In this document: positions 60,829 through 64,000 of the stretch, piece by piece
Layout of the letters: every line of letters begins with the position of its first letter
How positions within the stretch are numbered: the first letter of the stretch is position 1
NCBI GenBank assembly: GCA_963735015.1
Contig: CAVTJH010000004.1
Span: forward strand, 844,419 to 908,418
Direction: 5' to 3'
Length of the DNA stretch: 64,000 bases
Source: an uncultured Bacteroidota bacterium
Lineage (GTDB): Bacteria > Bacteroidota > Bacteroidia > Chitinophagales > Chitinophagaceae
Notes under the pieces: generated by a model
The model's database searches: none
Told to the model about the DNA's origin: nothing
Seen by the model: the letters and a program-made list of their open reading frames with translations, nothing else
Position numbers and translations under genes: made by a program

Positions 60829-63695
60829 TTAAACAACAAGATTAATCATCTTATTCTGCACATAGATAATTTTCTTCGGTGTTGCACCATTCAACCATTT
60901 TCTGACTGTTTCATCAGCGAGTACCAATTCTTCGACCTGCCTCTGGTTTGCATCCAGACTAATATTCAGTTCAGTTCTTGTTTTTCCATTAATGGCTACC
61001 GGGTACAATTTGGAAGATTCAACCAGGAATTTTTCTTCATATTTCGGATAGTGTGCATCGAGAATGGAGGTTTCATTTCCCAGTTGATGCCACAGCTCTT
61101 CAGAAATATGCGGTGCATAAGGTGCGAGAATGATCAGAAGTTTCTCGAGCAGTTCCTTTTTATGCGACTTTAATTCTCCGAGTTCATTGACTGTTATCAT
61201 CAGCGCACTTACAGCGGTGTTAAAAGAAAAGCGTCCGGTATCGTCATCCAGTTTTTTTAAGGCTTTATGAATTACTTTCCATTCTTCTGTGGTAGGAGTA
61301 TCGCTGTTCCAAACCCGTCCTTTTGTTTCATCAAAAAACAATCTCCATAATTTACGCAGAAAGCGATGAACACCTTCAATGCCCTTCGTATCCCAGGGTT
61401 TACTCTGCTCAACCGGTCCCAGGAACATTTCATACATACGGAAAGTGTCGGCACCATATTTTTCAACGAGTTCATTTGGATTTACAGTATTGAATTTTGA
61501 CTTCGACATTTTTTCAACCTCAGAGCCACAAATATATTTGCCATTCTCAAGTATAAAACCTGCATGTGAATATTCAGGCCTCCAGGATTTAAATGAGGGG
61601 ATATCAAGTTCCATTCCGTCGACCAGGTTAACATCAACATGCAGACTGGAGATGGAAGTGATTTCTACATTTTCAGCATCTGCACCCCATCTTCCAATCA
61701 AAACTTCCTTTATGGATTCCTGCAAAGAAGAAAGACTATTATTTTTCAATCCTGCTGAAATGAAGACCGGTTTCTGTTTAGCAAGTGCTTCCATTTCATC
61801 GCTCCCTTTTATTTCGATCCTGTAAACAAACCTGCTGCTCCCCTGTATCATTCCCTGATTTACCAGTTTCTTATACGGTTCATCAAAACCAATAAGACCC
61901 ATATCAAACAGGAATTTGGTCCACATGCGGCTGTACAACAAATGACCCACTGCGTGTTCGGTACCACCAATATAGAGATCTACCTGTCCCCAGTAATCTG
62001 ATGCTTCCCGACTGCAGAAAGTTTTTCTATTTTCTGGGTCCATATACCGGAGAAAATACCAGCTGCTGCCTGCATAGCCGGGCATAGTGTTGGTTTCAAG
62101 GTGTTTTGATGTCCATTCTGTCAGATTGGCGAGGGGTCCTTCACCATCCGGACCTGCCTTATAAGAATCCACTTCAGGAAGTTCCAGTGGCAGTTCCTTT
62201 TCGTCCAGCGCGTATGCAATTCCATTTTTCCAAACAATTGGAAATGGTTCTCCCCAATAACGCTGACGGCTAAACGCAGCATCACGCATTTTGTAATTGA
62301 TACGACGGTTTCCGATGCCCATGGATTCCATTTTATCTATCACGAGCGAAATCGCATCGCGCATCGGAATGCCATTGAGAAAACCACTGTTTTCTAAGCA
62401 GGGCATCTTTGGTTGGATTGGCTTCTTTGCCATTAAAATACGAACCGATAATATTGGTTACCGGAATATTGAAATGTTGTGCAAATTTAAAATCACGTTC
62501 ATCTCCGCAGGGCACCGCCATGATCGCACCGGTACCATATCCCGCAAGTACATATTCAGAAATCCATACCGGAATTTTTCGACTGTTAAAAGGATTGAGC
62601 ACATAGGATCCGGTAAAACATCCGGAGATCTTTTTTTCCGACAGGCGTTCACGTTCGCTGCGACTTTTCACATAAATCGATATAGGCATCAACGTATTGT
62701 TTCTCTTCGACAGTCGTAAGTCCGGCAATCAATTCATGTTCGGGAGCCACTACCATAAAATCGACACCAAAAATGGTGTCGGGACGGGTAGTGTATACGC
62801 GTAATTTTTTCGATCCATCTTTTTCGAAAGCAAAATCCATTTCTGCACCGAAGCTTTTTCCGATCCAGTTAGACTGCATTTCCTTCATCGCCTCACTGAA
62901 ATCAACTTTGTCAAGGCCATCCAGTAAACGATCGGCGTATTCGGTGATACGCAGATACCACTGACGTAATTTTTTTTTCACGACAGGATGGCCTCCCCGT
63001 TCACTGAATCCATTGATGACTTCATCATTTGCCAGCACTGTTCCCAGTGCTTCACACCAGTTCACTTCTCCAAAGCCACAATATGCCAGACGAAATTCCA
63101 TGAGAATGTCCTGTTGTTGTTTTTCTGAATAAGATTTCCATTCTGAAGAAGTAAATGATGGTATTGTCCTGTATTCGGTCAATGACCCGGTTCCATGTTT
63201 TTCAAAAGTCGTCACCAGTTCGGAAATGGGTCTTGCCTGATTGGCGCTGCGATCATACCAGCTGTTAAATAACTGCAAAAAAATCCACTGGGTCCATTTG
63301 TAATACGAGGGTTCTGCCGTGTTGATCTGCCTGCTCCAGTCGAAGGAAAATCCGATACGGTCAAGCTGTTCCCTGAAATTTATGATGTTTTGTTTTGTGC
63401 TGACGGCGGGATGTATACCATGATCAATCGCATATTGTTCGGCCGGCAATCCGAAAGCATCATATCCCATCGGATGCAATACATTAAAGCCTTTGAGCCT
63501 TTTATAGCGTGCAAAAATATCACTGGCGATATAGCCCAGGGGATGACCCACGTGAAGACCCGCGCCGCTCGGATAAGGAAACATATCCAGCACATAACAC
63601 TTCGGTTTTTTGCTGTCATTGTATACCTTATAAACCTGATCTGCCTTCCACCTGTCCTGCCATTTTCTTTCAATGGCGTTGAATGAATACTCCAT
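60829..63695 (-). CDS. leuS: Leucine--tRNA ligase (two +1 frameshifts, near 62672 and 62396)
   Basis: [42 protein letters not shown]. Confidence 0.96.
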
Positions 63696-63780
63696 ATGAA
63701 CCAACAAAAATACGCATCGTGCGGGTAAATCTTTTATTTTTGCCACTACCCGTTAACTGATTAAACAGGATTGTTCAACT

Positions 63781-64000
63781 ATGGCACAAACAAGGAAAGG
63801 ATCAGGCAAACGTTCTACGCCTTCATATATAATGGCCATCGTGGGTGTTTCCCTGGTTCTTTTTCTATTGGGCATTTTAGGATGGATCATCATCAATGCA
63901 AATAAACTTGGTCAGTATTTCAAAGAAAATATTGCCATGAATGTGTATATCCGTGAAAATGTATCTCCCAAAGACAGTGCGTACCTGGTTAATTATATAG
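63781..64000 (+). CDS. ftsX: Cell division permease FtsX (5' part, runs off the window)
   Basis: PSYIMAIVGVSLVLFLLGILG...YFKENI; TATTTTTG promoter at 63735-63742. Confidence 0.7.
   Translation, partial: MAQTRKGSGKRSTPSYIMAIVGVSLVLFLLGILGWIIINANKLGQYFKENIAMNVYIRENVSPKDSAYLVNYI

Overview
This is a 64-kb, AT-rich core-genome segment of a Bacteroidota bacterium, most like Chitinophagaceae. The evidence is TAnnTTTG promoters, a SigA-type sigma factor without region 1.1, and gldJ/porV/porP T9SS genes. It holds about 60 genes: a phosphonate-catabolism cluster next to a PhoB/PhoR-like pair, atpBEFHA without atpG, a TonB-receptor operon, and many housekeeping genes (pdxA, rsmA, greA, ruvC, murF, ispF, dut, bshA, upp, anmK, ade, trmD, ffh, rpsP, rimM, leuS, ftsX). 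About 14 single-base frameshifts, several in essential genes, look like sequencing or assembly errors rather than pseudogenes. I found no rRNA, tRNA, CRISPR array, transposase or prophage. The most striking unexplained structure is a set of about 20 intergenic cassettes built from short tandem repeats (7, 8, 9 and 11-mers of unrelated sequence). They are arranged as inverted arms that abut or supply stop codons and abut start codons, and arms of different families are sometimes stacked. They may be empty or scarred sites of a repeat-flanked mobile cassette system. Three other items were missed or unexplained by the ORF track: an internally deleted phospholipase C remnant in the phosphonate cluster (suggesting phosphonolipid salvage), no porU between gldJ and porV, and a T9SS substrate with no cargo. 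All annotations come from motif recognition by eye; no database searches were run.
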